DNA of 64,000 bases, taken from NCBI GenBank assembly GCA_963693365.1, contig CAVNZM010000006.1, positions 11,287,355 to 11,351,354 on the forward strand. Direction: 5' to 3'. This document shows, piece after piece, positions 42,151 to 64,000 of the stretch (positions within the stretch are counted from its first letter, which is position 1; every line of letters begins with the position of its first letter). The DNA is from Amoebidium appalachense (Eukaryota; Protista; Ichthyosporea). Under the pieces are notes generated by a model, which made no database searches, was not told the DNA's origin, and saw nothing but the letters and a program-made list of their open reading frames with translations. Made by a program: the position numbers and the translations under genes.

Positions 42151-42915
42151 CTGATGTTGCATACTTGAATGTTTGCCTTTGCATGTGTCCTTCGTGTATG
42201 CGTACTTCGTACCGTGTTCCGCATTCACCCGCCCAAGCTCAGTTGATGCTGCTGTCTGAGTTGGAGTGTCGTATATACGCGGGCTAAGGGGTCGAAACTC
42301 AGACGCAATTGATGACTTGGGTCCTCCCTGAGGATGGGCTCTGCTTATGACGCATACTGTGCACATGGCTGATGTTGCATACTTGAATGTTTGCCTTTGC
42401 ATGTGTCCTGCACCATGCTTCTCGTCGTGTATGCGTACTTTGTACCGTGTTCCGCATTCAAAACCCCCCCAGTCTTCTTTCAGAGGTGTCCTTTCAGGAC
42501 AGACCACTGTGTGGAGACCGCTTTACTTCCATGCAACCGGGCATGGTTGCTCTGTGTCGTGCATCTGTAAGCACATACACATTTTTCGCTGCACTGCATT
42601 AGTTTGCACACACATCTTCACCGTTTTGCTCACCTTGCTTGCATAAGCAACCCTGCTCGTCTTTGATCAAGACGGGTTGACCCGCCCAAGCTCAGTTGAT
42701 GCTGCTGTCTGAGTTGGAGTGTCGTATATACTCGGGCTAAGGGGTCGAAACTCAGACGCAATTGATGACTTGGGTCCTCCCTGAGGATGGGCTCTGCTTA
42801 TGACGCATACTGTGCACATGGCTGATGTTGCATACTTGAATGTTTGCCTTTGCATGTGTCCTGCACCATGCTTCTCGTCGTGTATGCGTACTTTGTACCG
42901 TGTTCCGCATTCAAA

Positions 42916-42946
<31 letters not shown>

Positions 42947-43214
42947 CCCCCCCCCCCCCCCCTCCCCCTCCCCTCCCCTCGCCCGGGGGCGGTTAGCCCA
43001 CATTCAACATGCGGCCTTTGCTGGCAGACCCAACTTGGGGTATGGTTGACGGTTCGTTTTTGTTACTTCTTGAAGGCGGGAGGCATGTGCAACTAGGAGG
43101 GAACTGTTTTCTGTTTTTAAATTGTAGTTTTCAAATGCATTTTTTTATTTATTTATTGAAACTATGTCTGTGAGGGGGCAAGTGGGCATTTATCCTTGCG
43201 GCTAAGTGTGTGCC

Positions 43215-43258
<44 letters not shown>

Positions 43259-43273
43259 GTTGCAGTGCGTTGC

Positions 43274-43324
<51 letters not shown>

Positions 43325-43530
43325 CGACGTCTCCAATTTTTTTTCCTCTCAGCACGACATTCTATTTCCTTGGATCTTGTCTCGGTTTCTGTTCTTTTCA
43401 GTTTCTGTCGGTGTCTCTGTACTATGAACGGTGCACTGCATCCCCCCTCCCCCCCCCCCCCCCCCCCCCCCCCCCTCTCTCTCTCTCTCCCCCTCCCTCC
43501 CCCTCCCCAAGCGCAAGTACACACGCGTGT

Positions 43531-43604
<74 letters not shown>

Positions 43605-43685
43605 ACACACACTCACTCACACACACACACACACTCACTCACTCACTCACTCACTCACTCACTCACTCACTCACTCACTCACTCA

Positions 43686-43749
<64 letters not shown>

Positions 43750-43939
43750 ACATACTCACACACTCGCACACACATCTGCATTCATTCCCACCTACATCGG
43801 TTAGACAGACCCAACTTCACATGGACACACCACACCCACCCACACATACAGGCAAGAGCGTTCACATATGCACACACACATGTGCCCACACGCACAGACA
43901 CACACACACACACTCACACTCAACACATTCATTCATTCA

Positions 43940-43994
<55 letters not shown>

Positions 43995-44269
43995 TCACTC
44001 ACTCACATAAACACACACGCATTCTCTCTCTCTCTCTTTCTTTTTCTCTCTGTCTCACACTCTCACACACTTAGTGAGCGAGTGAGTGAGTGAGTGAAAG
44101 ACGTGTTCGCACACACACACACACACACACATCCACTCACACTCACACTCAACACTCGAGCATACACACACATACTCACTCTCTCACTTCCTCATCCACT
44201 CACTCACTCACTCACTCTTTCAAACACACACACACACACACACAGATGCACACACACACGCACGCACAC

Positions 44270-44308
<39 letters not shown>

Positions 44309-44403
44309 ACACACAGGATCTGATTGGGTCTGCGTTTGTTGTGGGCAGCAACCCACATGCCGAGGCCTCATGTGGCTGCAAACGGTCCTTCACCATCAAG
44401 TGA
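39160..44403 (+). CDS. ISCA2: Mitochondrial A-type Fe-S cluster assembly protein ISCA2 (HesB/ErpA family); 4 exons, one apparent 1-nt deletion in a G-run
   Basis: Exons 39160-39294 (Arg-rich presequence-like, then ILVTERCAK), 41381-41510 (LRVEVDGG[G]CQGFQY), 41925-42009 (VVVDSGSLELLGGSQVDF) and 44317-44403 (DLIGSAFVVGSNPHAEASCGCKRSF..*). The GGC motif needs 8 G at 41438-41444, where 7 are present. Confidence 0.9.
41100..41317 (+). repeat. 25-bp minisatellite near the ISCA2 exon 2 acceptor
   Basis: GTATTCCATGTTGCAGCATGTGCT(C/T), about 9 copies. Confidence 0.95.
42149..42915 (+). repeat. Structured 453-bp-period partial tandem repeat in ISCA2 intron 3
   Basis: 42227-42462 and 42680-42915 are near-identical 236-bp direct repeats (one substitution seen). 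An extra partial copy lies at 42149-42227. Confidence 0.9.
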
Positions 44404-44616
44404 TGCCACCCCGTGGTGTATGTTTTCCATATATGGCTTATCTATCCAATCCATGATGCTACAGTGGTGTATGTTTTATCCATGTATGGCTTATTATTTA
44501 GTTTTGACCCCGCACGCAGGCAGTGCTATTTATGTAGATGTAGGCTATAGATAGCTGCAGTACCCTGTGAGACACACAAATATATTTAATTTTGACAACA
44601 ACGTGCACTCATAGCT

Positions 44617-44646
44617 GGGGCTTCCGCTGTTCACTCGAGGCACAGA
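44617..44646 (+). repeat. Degenerate copy of the 37-bp dispersed repeat
   Basis: GGGGCTTCCGCTGTTCACTCGAGGCACAGA; 26/30 match to the 38360 copy. Confidence 0.6.
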
Positions 44647-44776
44647 CGCAGGCACAAGAACAGACAGAAAGTCCATGAGCTTTGCAGAACAACCCGGCCC
44701 AACACACGTGTCTGCTATTGTGTGTTTTTTTTAATAGGTAGGGGTGGAGTGGGGTAGGGTGGGGATGGGGTGGGGT

Positions 44777-44811
<35 letters not shown>

Positions 44812-45720
44812 CTTGTGTGTGGACGCGCGCGCGCTTGTGTCCATATGTCTGTGTACGTGTGTACGTGTGTGCCACTGTGTGTGTGTGTGTGTACTTGCCA
44901 TATTTTGTTTTCATGCGAAAGTACGTGGATGTTCATTGGTGCGTGCCGGGACTCATATGCGTGTAGCACTGTAAATGTTAACGTTGCTGCACAGTGTGTG
45001 AGCGCCTTTATTAGCGTGTAAACGTCAACATGTGGTCTCGAGTCAGACCATGACATGTGCACGGTGGGGCTCATGCAGATGTCTTGCATACACGTGCGAC
45101 ATCGCTGTGGAAAAAAGGAGGTGGCCATGGGGATGTTCGTGCACGTGCCTGGGTTATTGCTCTCACGTGCACCACGGTGATGTGTATGTGCTCGAGCTCT
45201 GTGTGTGTGTGTACATGTTTGTGTATGTGTGGGTATATGTGTACGTGTGTATGTGTGTGACGTGAGTGTGTGTGTGTACACGTGTGACAATGTGTGTGTG
45301 TGATACGTATGTGTGTGTGTGTGTGTGTGTATTCGTGTTCGGACACTAGCTGTGCAAGTGGTCTCCGGGGCCTGGCCCAGGGTAGTGGTCTGAGCCCTGC
45401 AATGTCGGTGGGACATCTGTACATGTTTGCTAAAGAATTACTGTTAATTTCTCGTGTGGGCCGGGTTGCTCATGTGTGTGCACGTGTGTGTATGGTATGG
45501 TTATGTAAAGTAGGTACAGTCGTACACCCTGTGAATGGATTGTTTGCACTCTTGTGTCTCTCTCACTGCGCTAGGGGGCCCTGAGTGGGTGTGTTTGTGT
45601 ACCTTTGCATGTGCACATTTGCATCGTGCACTGCTGCTGCGATGATGCGTGTTTGTGTGCAGTCAACGTGCTTGTGGCAGGCGCAGAAGTGTTGTGGTGC
45701 AGGTTGAGAGGAGGGGGAGG

Positions 45721-45771
<51 letters not shown>

Positions 45772-45937
45772 AGGGTCATAGCACACCATCTCTCTGGTGG
45801 GCCTGGTAGCTCGGTGTCTTGCAGTCAGACACAGAGGCACGGGTTTGATGTTAGTGGTGTGCATTTGGGCACAGGGCAAACCATGTGCTTGCTGCAGGGT
45901 TAGGCATGCATTCGCAGGTGCTTGGGTCCCCCGGGTA

Positions 45938-45972
<35 letters not shown>

Positions 45973-46633
45973 ACACATGTGTATTTGGTACATGTGCATC
46001 ACGATCTGCACACGTGTGTTTGTTGCATGGGATTGCAAATGCGCATACTTGCGTTGGCAAGTGCTCCTGACTGCATGGCATGTGATTGGTTTTCGCCGTG
46101 CAGGCTCTAGCCGATTGGCCATGCCCGGTCCACGGCCTATTTATTGGCGGCTGATAGCGCCAATGCTACGCTCCATGGTGCATGCTGTCATGCGCAATGC
46201 GCAGCTCATATGTCATTGGGTGGGCACCAGCCCCAGGAGCAAATTATTTACAGGCACCGTATCCTACTTTCACAAAGCCACTATGTACATAGCCTCTCGT
46301 TAATCTTACCGGGGTTTTCTGTAACCTAGCCGTTCCAAGGCTAAACTGCTAGATCTCAGTCCTGCACGAGAACAAGAAGCATTACAAAACTAAAGCTAAA
46401 ATACATAAATGAAACAAAGCAGTTCCAATTGACCACAGGCCCTAAGCAGGTGCTCCACACCGCCAGTAAATCGTCCAGATTTGCGCAATGACGAATAGCG
46501 CATAAGGTGCTACACACAGGTAGATATGTACAAAGGCAGGCTGGAAGTACAGTTGCACGCCAGGCTTCATGCATAAAATGAAATGAATTCTAGGTTTAGA
46601 CAGTTAAAGTCGACTAAGCATTCTACAAGGGAC

Positions 46634-47418
46634 CTATGCACCCTGCACACACAAGGGCATGGCATGGTGGGGCATGCGGGGGGTCTTTGTCTGGGGCACA
46701 CACTCACGGATCAATTTGCGGTCAATCTGCACCGTGACGCTGAGCTTCTGCTTGAGCAGGGGGGTCTCTGGGGGGGCCGGTGCTGTAATTTCAAACTGCT
46801 GCAGCTTGCGGATGGTCGAGGCCAGCAGGGTCTGCAGCTGGGGGGCACTGATGCGCCTGGATGGGTCCGGGTGTAAGATCTTGCGCAGCACGTGCATGGC
46901 GCTGGGGCTGAGGTTGTGCCAGGGGTAGCGGTGGCTGATGTCGTTGGCTACGTACTGGCGGTACTCGGGGGAATTGGCCGTGCATGCCAGCGCCCAGGGG
47001 AACCGGCCCGTCAGCAGCGTGAAGTAGACCTGCATGGGCCGTCAGCAAGGGGCACGGGGCACCCACCAGCATGCAAGACATGCAAGAGAGATGATGTGCC
47101 TCAATCTACTTGGGCCCCACCCTGGCCTTCCACTTGCGTATGCGGCTTTCCTGTTACTGCACAAGGTGCTGATATCCCTCCCCTATCCCCCCCCCCTCCC
47201 CCCTTCCCACATACACAACCCCTCCCCCCCCCCCCCCCCTCTCCCCATTATGAGTGTTCTACACACAAGTGGGCCGAGCGGCAAGAAACGAGCGGGGATG
47301 GGCGGGGGGAGGGGGGGGGGGGGGGGGAGAGGGTGGGCATCATTTAGGAAAGCAAGTGCAGTGGTCAGGGAAAAAGGGGGATGATTAAGAGAAGGTAGGG
47401 TGGGGAGGGGTGGGGTAC

Positions 47419-47491
<73 letters not shown>

Positions 47492-49644
47492 GGGGGGGAG
47501 AGAGAGGAAGAGAAATCTGTCACCCACCACGCCCAGTGCCCAGATGTCGATTGCTTTGAAGTCCCACCCTTCCTTGCCTTCGGGGTCGCTGTGCATTTCC
47601 TGCATCCCACCACGTGTGAGAGACCTGTTACAGGGGAATGGGGCAAGATACTTCTTCCTCTCTCATCCTCTCTACCCTTATTTGAAGCAGCTTGGAATAA
47701 GAGAAGAGAAGAGAAGAGAGGGTTTTGACCTTGCAAAGTCTAAGTATGTAATGTGGAGTTAGTTTCCACTACCACGTGTGAGAGACCATGTCTTCCTGTA
47801 CCAACCCACCCAAGTGTTGTTCCTGTCTCCCGTCTCAGCACCACACTGCATGCTAGCTCCCTCTAACTTCTCACTCTCAGTCCCCTCCCCACTAACCCCC
47901 CCGTCCCTTTCCTCCTCCCCTGCCCCCCATCCAACACAAGGCAACTGCTAGCGCGGCCACAGCTTGCACATTGCTGCCATTGCCCCATTTCCAGTCCCTA
48001 TGCTCCAACTCCCCCCTTCCCCCCCTCCCTTCCTCCTATGTTCCACTAGCATCGTATGACACTTAGCCTATGCCCAATGTCTTCCCCTGCCTCCCACCCC
48101 CCCCTCCCCCTCCAGCGGTACGTACCGGTGCCATGTAGGGCACGGTGCCTGCCGGGGTTGGCTCTGCGCACAGGTCCGAGGCCGCGCCAAAGTCGATCAG
48201 CTTGAGTACGCCGTGCTCGTCACTCACGCAGTTCTCGGGCTTGATGTCTCTGTGCACCACTCCCCGTGCGTGCATGTGGGCCACTGCGGCCGTGATCTGC
48301 ACCAGATACTGCAGCGCCCGCAGCTCCGAGCAGCCCTCGTTGGGGGGCACCAGGTCGAACAGGTCCCCGCCAGACAGGTACTCCTGCACCAGCACAAAGT
48401 GGTGGGGGGTGTCGATGACGTCATAGAGCCGGCAGATGTTGCGGTGGCTGAGCTGGCGCTGGACCGAGGCCTCCCTGTGCAGGTACTTCATGTAGGCCGC
48501 CTTGGGCTTCTTCATGATCTTGAGCGCCACGTGCTTGCCCGTCAGCTCGTGGTGCGCCAGCTGCACCTTGCCCGTCGACCCCACGTTGATGGTCCGCAGG
48601 ATGGTGTATTCCTGCGCCGCTGATGCCGGCCTGTGGTGGATTGTGAGATTGGGGTCGGATCCTGCTTCTTGCATGGATAATAGTAGAAGGTTGCCAGAAA
48701 TTCTAATCTTTTCTACGTGGTCTAGGGACTGATTATCAGTGGGTCTATTCTAATCGTGGGGTGTTGATGCAGGTATGGCTTTGGTGCATTGTCTGCATAA
48801 GCGCTTGCACTTGGGGGGTAAAGCCAAACCCTACACAGCATCCTGTGGCTAATGACACTCCACACATACTAAACCGGCCGGGAGGGAAGAGACAAGGGGA
48901 GAGTGTATACACGAGGGGGAGGGGAGAGGGCGGGAGGGGAGGGGGGGGGGGGGGGGGGAGGGGTGCCACAAGTGTTTTTTGACATGGTGAGCATGTATAC
49001 ATGTTCGTGCATGCAGCTTCGGAGCCATTGTGTCCTTGCATTTTTGTGTCCGTGCACATGTGTGTGCCTCGGCACATTGCCTACCCTTGCTTGTCACATT
49101 GCTGCGGGGCGTGGTGTACCGTACGCATGTATGTATGGTGGGATATGTTGGTGCTGCTAAGAGTGTAATCCAGCTGGTACGTGTGTTGGTACCTAGCGTG
49201 TAAGTGTATGTGTTTGGGTAATTCTGTGTGTTTATGTGTACTTTGCGGCTCTGCCTTTGTTTTTTAACACATGAAGTTGGGCGAGACATCACCCAAATTG
49301 AATGGTTATGGTTCCAACACAGTAACATGCACGTGCATGAACATTTGTGGGCACCCGTGCAAGGCAGGCAAGGCAGGCAGGCCCTACCTGTACGCCCACT
49401 CGTAGAAACGGTGCACATTAACGGGCCGCGGCACGGAGGCCTCCTCGTCGCTGGATGACGTGGCACTGTCGATGTCGATGGTCTGCGACTCTGCCGGCAC
49501 CTCAGCCACCATGTCTGGGTGCAGACCGGGTGGTGGGCTGGCACACTGGGTCCCCTTGGGGTCTGGCTGGGCCTGCGCGCTCTGCTGGTGCTCCCTGCGG
49601 AGCATCTCCTGCGCTTTGCTCTTCAGCGCCTTGAGCTTGAGCAT
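46634..49644 (-). CDS. Ser/Thr protein kinase, most like SBK1 (NKF1 family), with Chk1-like features; at least 4 exons, start codon uncertain
   Basis: Exons 49644-49388, 48630-48126, 47599-47528 and 47029-46634 join in frame. Motifs: [63 protein letters not shown]. Confidence 0.88.
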
Positions 49645-51058
49645 CCTGTCCGGCACTGCAACTGCATAGGGATTTCGCGGCTGTGTGTCTGGCTTGGGGG
49701 GAGGCAGGAAATAGTGTGGGATGAATTGGCACAGCCAGGAGTGTGTGATATGACGGTGAAGTGACCACTAATTCAACTAACCCCTATAAAGCTACAACTT
49801 CAGCTGAATCTCTACCATGCGAGTAGCTGCCAAATTTCTATGCTCACAAGGGTCATTTGTGACCGGCCTATCATAAGCTAATGATAACGTCTGGACGCAG
49901 AGTGTTCTGCCGGCACGATTGTTGCACAAAAAATAGAAATTTGGTAAGTGCGGACTTTTATACGCACAGTAAATAATGGAGTCATACACGGGCCACCAAT
50001 CGAATGGTCGGTCATAGCCGCTTCGTGATAGCTGTCCAATGGACTTCGTTCACGCAGAAAATAAACAAACTGCAAGTTGCAACCCTGCAACTTTGCCGCA
50101 AGCTTCCTGCTGTTCAAGAGCGCTACTGCAATTTTGCTTTCACACTATTCCAGGCTGTTTGCAAAGAACGTTTTTTCTTAAGCTCAATCAATTTAAACTG
50201 TTGCTACAATTACAAATACAAAGTGCTCTCTCCATAATGAAAATGATATTCGAAATCCCACACTCTGGGAATTTGCACCCGTTTCGATGACAGTTGTCTT
50301 TTAGCCAATCATTTCACTGCGTTTTTATTGTTGATAGATTCCGTTTACTTTTGTAACTTCTGTCAGCCTTGGCGCTTTGAAGTAGCTGATGGGGCTAGCT
50401 GATGGTCAACCCATTCGAACCAGCAAAAGAAAAATGAGATGAATTATTGCTCTTTTTTTTGACATTCATTGCAGAGCGTAGTTTAGGCCTTCATGAATGT
50501 CTATCAGCGCCTGACAGTGACCGACTGTCCGGCTCGCCAAAGGTATGCGTGCGTGCCGCCGGTAAAATACCACCCAATGAAAGGAAAGCATAGATTTGAA
50601 CTCGCTGATTGGCTGCTTAAGACCAATCACCTAATTTCTGTCTGTGAAAACAACCAATCGTAGGTCTATGCAATTTTTATTTCATTTATGAGAAGTCAAT
50701 TCCGATAGGATAAGGGCGGGCCCTAATCAACCAATCATTCTGTCTTCCAACCAGCTGGCTCGCATTCCTAGCCCATCGGATGTCACAAGTTGCACAAAAA
50801 AAACTTTTCTTTTGGCAGTGTCTTTTGCAGTACGCAGTTGACGGGCAGCGCCAGCCTGGCCATGGGCAGCTGGGCCAGCGAGTCTCTCTCTCCCGGGCCC
50901 CCGCGACTGACTCAGTGTGGGCCTCGAGCCTTGGCCGGTCAGGGCGTTCCAACGATGTTCTTGCCTAGCATCCATCGGCCATCTGAGCGCCTAGGCCCTT
51001 TGACAGCTCCCCTCGTCCCCGCCCCCTCCGGGTCCTGCCCAGGCTGTCCCTGTGACAG

Positions 51059-51102
<44 letters not shown>

Positions 51103-51121
51103 GCCCCCCCCCCCCCCCCCC

Positions 51122-51161
<40 letters not shown>

Positions 51162-51291
51162 ACCCCGCGGCCGGGTTCGGATCCGGCCCCACCTATTATG
51201 GGCCACCTATTAATTTAGGTTGCCCCCGGCCCCCTCCCTCTCCCCTCTCCCCCCCCCCCCCCCCCCCCCCCCCCCTCCTCCCCCCCCCCCC

Positions 51292-51322
<31 letters not shown>

Positions 51323-51342
51323 ACACCACACACACACACAAC

Positions 51343-51379
51343 TGGTCTCTCTTTGCCTCGAGTAAACAGCGTAAACCCC
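51343..51379 (-). repeat. 37-bp dispersed repeat (inverted copy)
   Basis: Exact reverse complement of 38360-38396. Confidence 0.85.
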
Positions 51380-51753
51380 CATGTACACATACACCGTGCA
51401 CAGGCACCGTGACATACGCACACACACATGGCATGTAGTACACATATGCATACACCTGGACAAGTGCTCACACACACACGTTACGTATGCTGGCGTCGAC
51501 ACTGAGCTTTCATGCACATGGCGGGCCAACGAAACCCGAAGACTGAGTGACTTTATTACTATGCTGACTACTACTGCTGTCGGGCATGTAACACGTTTAT
51601 ATGCTGACTCCAGCCTATTAGACAGGCTTAAGAGAACATGAACCAACTAAAATTGTCATGTGTTTACATAAATACCGAGAAAGTAAACTAACCAAGCCCA
51701 AAAAAAAAAATGCTTATCACAGACTGAGTAAGGGACCGGTACACGACTGTTTA

Positions 51754-51835
<82 letters not shown>

Positions 51836-51860
51836 AAAAAAAGAGAAATAAAGAACTAAG

Positions 51861-53135
51861 GGCCTGTTTGGCAGCACCCCAATAATCGTATTCGTATTTA
51901 TCTCCTAAATACGATCTACCGTATTTACAAAATTTATCGTGGTATGCGTATTTATTATTAGGGCCTAAATACGTTTGGTGCCTTCCAAACGCTGTCAGGC
52001 GTGACTGGTCACATAAAATGTCGATACATGGTTCACGAGATCATGCAATCAAAACCGAACCACACTAACTATATATGGAAACACAGCAATCCAACACAAC
52101 TAATGCATGACAAATAACCAATCACCTCACCGCAATGCCACTCGGTGGATCTTCGTCTCTCACCGCTTCCTCCTCCCGCTTGAAAACCACAGTCGATACA
52201 TGGTTCACGAGATCTGATTGGCCCTATTCGCACCCATTGATCATCCTTCGGTATATGCGCCCATGCATATAGGCTGGTGCAGCTGTAGTCAGTATTACAG
52301 CGAACGGCAAAAACGAGACACCGACAGTGAGTCTTGCTCTGTTTAACAATAGGTTAGAACGTCTGTTATCGAAGGGATACTGCCAGTTATTGCGGTGGTG
52401 TGTGCCGCTGCTGGCGCAGCAATTGTTATGCAATACGCATCTGAATACAAGCAGCAGCAAAACACACGCTCACTCTCTGGAAAGGAATATGTTCGTGAGC
52501 TGTTAGAATTGGGACACCCTCGTCGTGTTTTGCACATCATGCGCGCAAGCCCCGAAGCCATAAGCCAGTTAATTGAAGAGATGCGGCCTTACGTGAAAGA
52601 GAGTGCGCACACGGACGTTGAAGAGATCGTGTGTCTACTGATGCTTATTCTTGGGCATGGCGACTCGCGGTTCGCAAGACGGCCGAGGATCTACGTAGAC
52701 TACGACACAGCACGGAGACTATCAATAGGTACCGTGTAGGGTTCCTCGTCCTCTGTCTTACCTGTGCAGCCCAAATTCATGTGCCAATTTTAACTGAGCA
52801 TGTACACAAAATGACGTGTATGACACCGACCTTCTTTTTTACAGTGAATTGTTCACGTGCATGCGCCGGCGGCCCGGCATGCGTACTGTAGTAAAATTGT
52901 GCCCGCCGCGGCTTACGCTGTACCATTGGCTAGCTGATAGCCAATAAATGATGCGAAATGCTCTGATTGGCTAATTTCCTATATCCGTATTTACGAAAAT
53001 CACCTCCGGAAAAGCGTATTTACAAAAAATAAAAGCCCGCGGCGTGTTTGGCATGCCACGGGATCGTATACGTATTTAGGCCCTAAATACGAATGCGATA
53101 AAAAAAACGGTATTTAGCGCGCTACCAAACAGGCC
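51861..53135 (+). mobile_element. Non-autonomous PIF/Harbinger DNA transposon (internal-deletion derivative)
   Basis: Terminal inverted repeats GGCCTGTTTGGCAGC / GCTACCAAACAGGCC (14/15 match; Harbinger/Tourist-type GGCC.GTTTGG end), with TAA just 5' of the left end. A perfect subterminal 16-bp inverted pair lies at 51959-51974 / 53070-53085, with many CGTATTTA/TAAATACG motifs. An internal transposase fragment is present. The TSD is not clean. Confidence 0.85.
52395..52760 (+). pseudogene. Frameshifted N-terminal fragment of a Harbinger transposase
   Basis: LSGKEYVRELLELGHPRR...TDVEEIVCLLMLILGHGDS, then in a shifted frame VRKTAEDLRRLRHSTETINRY. This resembles the PIF/Harbinger N-terminal helical region (SVEEQ.AIFL..LGH...R...ERF.HS.ETISR). 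No DDE domain is left. Confidence 0.75.
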
Positions 53136-53405
53136 AAAGAAAAAGAAAAGGGAAGACAAAGATTTGGAGATACGAAAAGAAAGGAAAAAAAGGCTCAGAG
53201 GGCCGGGGGGCAACAACCCTCCATTACACAAAGTCAGCGAGCCAAGCTTTCACAACAGATGGCCCTGAGGAGACAGCAATACAGTCCCAATATAACAATT
53301 ACAATCCCATGCATTCGCTTCGGAAAGTCGGCCATTCGTGTCAGTCAAATCTCGATTCACACCTAAGAACTCCGTCACTGTGGCCCTTGCGGCATCCTCA
53401 CTGAT

Positions 53406-53443
<38 letters not shown>

Positions 53444-53524
53444 CTCCTCCTCCTCCTTATGGGCCCTTGATAATCTCCCAGCACCACCACCAGAGCACGA
53501 CCCCAGCCTCCAGCCACCATCCCA

Positions 53525-63956
<10,432 letters not shown>

Positions 63957-64000
63957 AGTGAGACAGTGGCTGTGGGGCACACAATGTGGGGCAAAGGTTT

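Noticed and set aside
42254-42340. Canonical hammerhead ribozyme (CGAAAC, GTC, CTGAGGA present)
   Set aside because: The order and spacing do not allow stems I and II in any of the three topologies I tried.
48063-48674. 203-aa ORF as a stand-alone intronless kinase
   Set aside because: It lacks subdomains IX-XI, which are supplied by downstream exons; its first and last residues are intronic.

Overview
This is intron-rich eukaryotic nuclear DNA, not prokaryotic. The gene set and sequence style suggest a unicellular holozoan such as an ichthyosporean (inference only). Nearly all long ORFs in the supplied track are artefacts of (CA)n/(GT)n and poly-G/C tracts. Splicing exons by eye at GT..AG junctions recovers seven multi-exon genes: a VPS9-domain Rab5-GEF (+, ends 7638), a histidine-phosphatase/PGAM-family protein (-), ZDHHC17/HIP14-like palmitoyltransferase (+), RAD54B (-), ISCA2 (+, with one homopolymer frameshift), an SBK1/NKF1-like Ser/Thr kinase (-) and CDK5RAP1/MiaB (-). 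There is also a 1.27-kb non-autonomous PIF/Harbinger element. The most unusual signals are non-coding: (i) a hairpin-dense 453-bp unit present in about 1.5 tandem copies, with a diverged dispersed copy, always abutting poly-C tracts; (ii) an intronic minisatellite that duplicates a 3' splice site 13 times; (iii) microsatellites fused directly to splice sites; (iv) a perfect 37-bp inverted repeat pair bracketing 13 kb that holds two host genes. None is proven to be a new system.
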